Below, in pieces: positions 9,580 to 12,000 of a DNA stretch of 12,000 bases. This DNA is from Takakia lepidozioides. Lineage: Eukaryota; Plantae; Bryophyta. The stretch covers positions 1 through 12,000 of the forward strand of contig JAKLZA010000207.1 of NCBI GenBank assembly GCA_030704615.1. The letters run 5' to 3'. The position numbers and the translations under genes are program-made. A model generated the notes under the pieces. That model searched no databases. It was not told the origin of the DNA and was given only the letters and a program-made list of their open reading frames with translations. Position 1 is the first letter of the stretch. Every line of letters begins with the position of its first letter.

Positions 9580-12000
9580 ATGGCTCCGAATTCCTACGCT
9601 ATAGTTTGCTGTCCTCCGCAACTTGGGAGAGCCTGGATCCCAAACGAGGGAGGACTTTGCAGAGTGACTGAAACTTACCTTTGTTCCAAATTCAAGCTCA
9701 AACCGGGCACAGTTTATTTGGAAGAAGAAAGGAAGGATGTTCCTGGACAGGTTGACGAGACCATTGTCGTGCTAGGTAACGACGGAGGTTGCGGAATCGA
9801 ATGGCACGTTCCCCCGTCAGACACCATCCTGTACCGAGCTGTGGAATGCCCATTCCCTTTCCGAATCAGTCGCTGCCCACACCATCCACAAAGGAGTCCG
9901 GAAACCGAGAGGCGGCCACTGCCAACAGAGAGGTATGCAACGATAATCATTCCCGACCTGGACCGTCAAGACCCTCCATAGCTTCTCGTGTGGACGTATT
10001 CGACATTTCCGACGAGGAAGATGATTGCATTGAGGTACCCATGTCCTCCACACGGTCGTTCAAATCCGGCATGGACGTCTCTGTAGGTGCTACGCATGTG
10101 CCCTCTCGAGCATAACTCCAACCCGGTCCATTGTGCAGCTCCTACGACAACATCACCTCGATGGTTCTCGCTCCGAGCTGGCTGCTCTCGACTATGCCAA
10201 ATTCCCAGTCAGAAAGGTAACTTTTCTGCCTCCCGAAGTCGATGGCAATGTCATCTTCGAGTTTCCACCTGTTTCTTCGTCAAAGAAAGCCTCCGGGATG
10301 TTAACAGACATGGATCGAAAGCATGACGGACACCCCTGGTGTGTGACGAAGACCAGTAGCACGAAAATTGCTGATGGTGTTCGTGTACGATATGTCCTCT
10401 GTGCGGGGAAGCTGAGGTGCCTCAATCCCACCTGCTTCCACTTTCTCTCCAAAGGAGGGCGGAGAAACGAGACGGATTGGACTGGCACAACGCATCATCC
10501 ATTCATTGTCTCCAGCCAAGCTCCTGCGGGTTCTTTCAAGTGTGCACATTGCAAAGAACCACCGACGTGCATGTCCATGTGCAGAGCCAAGCAATATTAC
10601 GTAATCCATTTGCTCCCGGACTTGACTAGAGCTTGCATACACGTTGGGGTCCACTGCCCCCTTGGCGAGAGGCAACATGCGTGAGGCTGTGCAGGAAGCA
10701 CAGGACATCATAAAAGAGGAGGTGAAATTGAGCCCCGGAGCCAGACCAAAGCAGATTCAGCTGAAGGCAGCCCACAAGATTGCTCTTGGCAAAATCATGT
10801 CTGAAGATGGTTCCGACCGAGAGCCCTTGACCGAAGACGAGATGCGTGACCTCTTGGAGTCCGTCTCGCACGTTTGTAGTCCGAATGTGCGGAATCACAT
10901 CGTATCTTGCAAGCAGGAGTTCGGCAGGGGGTCGGACATGTACTCAATCCTGGAGGTGAAACGAATGACTGGATATGACTACATCCAAGGTAGCAGGTTT
11001 CCAGGGCAAGGCAGCGAATCCGATCGTTGTTACATTTTCAAAATGTCGACGTGTGGGCCTGGGAGTGGAGTCGACTTGGTCACTCGCATGACAACTGGAA
11101 ACTTGTCGAATGCTTGGGTGATGTTTGATCACATCAAGCGAATTACAAACCATCAGTGGGTGACTATGGGTGCGCATGTTTATGACTATCACTCCAAGAG
11201 GCTCATGACGATTGCAATCTGCGAGATGAAAGGGGAGGACACACAGTCCGAGATGCATCTGTGGGAGGGCATAAACCAGCAGATGGCAAGGGCGGGATTG
11301 CCAGAGCCCAATTTCAGGGGATTCATGGCAGACAACGCTCAGGCCAACTGGGCAGCGGTGCGGCGTGTGTACGGTGAGGACCCCAATGTTCCAATGGAGG
11401 GGAAAGAGAGATCCTGTGGATTCCATTGGATGCAGAGTCTATCCCACTACACTACCAAATTTGTTGCTAGCTCATTCCAGGCTGAACACCGTGTCCTTTG
11501 TACGGCGTGGAAGGATGCACTCACATTTGATGACGCGGAGGTTAAGTTTGCTATCATCGAGGCTTGGTGGAACACGTCAGGTGCAGTGGAGACAACCAAT
11601 CTGGGAGCATTGCACAGCTGGTTGGGGTGGTGGCATTTTCGGTATCGACAGTTCGGACAGTACATGCGGGAGGTAGGCTGCTGTCATTTTCGTTCATTTG
11701 TCTTTCTGTTACGGACATTTCGATTGGTCCCTCACCGTTGTTTGTGTCCTTCTAGGAGCGGTGCTTGGATTCCGACACGGACATGCCGAACACGAATATG
11801 GCAGAATCGGTCCACTCCTCCTGGCGAGCGTCTTCTGCCGCACATCTGGTGGACGTAGTGACGGCCACAACGGAGGACATCGACAGAGCAATCATGCAGC
11901 AAGCCACGTACTACAAGTTCCTGAGCGGCAAACAATGGGGCTTTGGGCCGGACAGGGAGGAATTGTTGGTACGAACAGCTTCGAGGTCCAAGAATCCAGT
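9580..12000 (+). CDS. Mutator-like (MULE) DDE transposase with WRKY/GCM1-type Zn-binding domain; frameshifted, 3' end outside window
   Basis: Catalytic core: WVMFDH (D 11127), FMADNAQANWAAVRRVY (D 11331), CGFHW (CxxH 11415-11426) and, after GT..AG intron 11673..11755, PNTNMAESVH (E 11804). The frame is open to the window end. Upstream: DGHPW..CAGKLRCLNPTC..CAHC..C.AKQYY..RACIHVGVH(C/H)P. A probable ATG at 9580 joins ORFs 9364, 9789, 10133 and 10644 through frameshifts near 9845, 10115 and 10657. Confidence 0.85.

Larger units (their letters stand above)
1..12000. mobile_element. Internal portion of a large Mutator-like (MULE) DNA transposon carrying cargo genes; termini not seen in window
   Basis: A MULE-type DDE transposase lies at the right end. 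One palindromic motif links the region upstream of the transposase, the introns of the neighbouring gene and the far-left intergenic region (630..9150), suggesting a single unit. No TIR or TSD is visible, so the extent is inferred. Confidence 0.65.

Noticed and set aside
11673-11858. C-terminus of ORF 10644..11858 (VGCCHFRSFVFLL...)
   Set aside because: Read-through of an 83-nt intron. Splicing restores the catalytic NMAES motif in a different frame that stays open to the window end.

Overview
Eukaryotic, intron-containing DNA (about 50% GC; the host cannot be determined from the window) that reads as the interior of a large Mutator-like (MULE) DNA transposon with cargo. Right arm (+, ~9580 to beyond 12000): a DDE transposase with a WRKY/GCM1-type Zn-binding domain. 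Divergent from it (-, ~7016..1898): a gene of about 9 exons that, once spliced by hand, encodes a ParB/Srx-like domain (VWDGNHR) fused to a beta-class N6A/N4C DNA methyltransferase fold (DMIILDIPD ... VLDLICGT|GASMWAGRFSDRHLFAYEED). A third minus-strand ORF of unknown function runs off the left edge. The non-coding space upstream of these genes is filled with about 47 copies of one 22-bp palindrome, GGAAATGCGG(YR)CCGCATTTCC, spaced at 53 bp in one array and 32-33 bp in the other. Single copies also lie in three introns of the ParB-MTase gene. Inference: a transposon-encoded parS/ParB-like self-recognition and DNA-modification (or anti-silencing) system, architecturally parallel to VANDAL/VANC but built from prokaryote-type parts. 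Both main genes carry small deletions, from decay or assembly error. All coordinates and counts are by hand.
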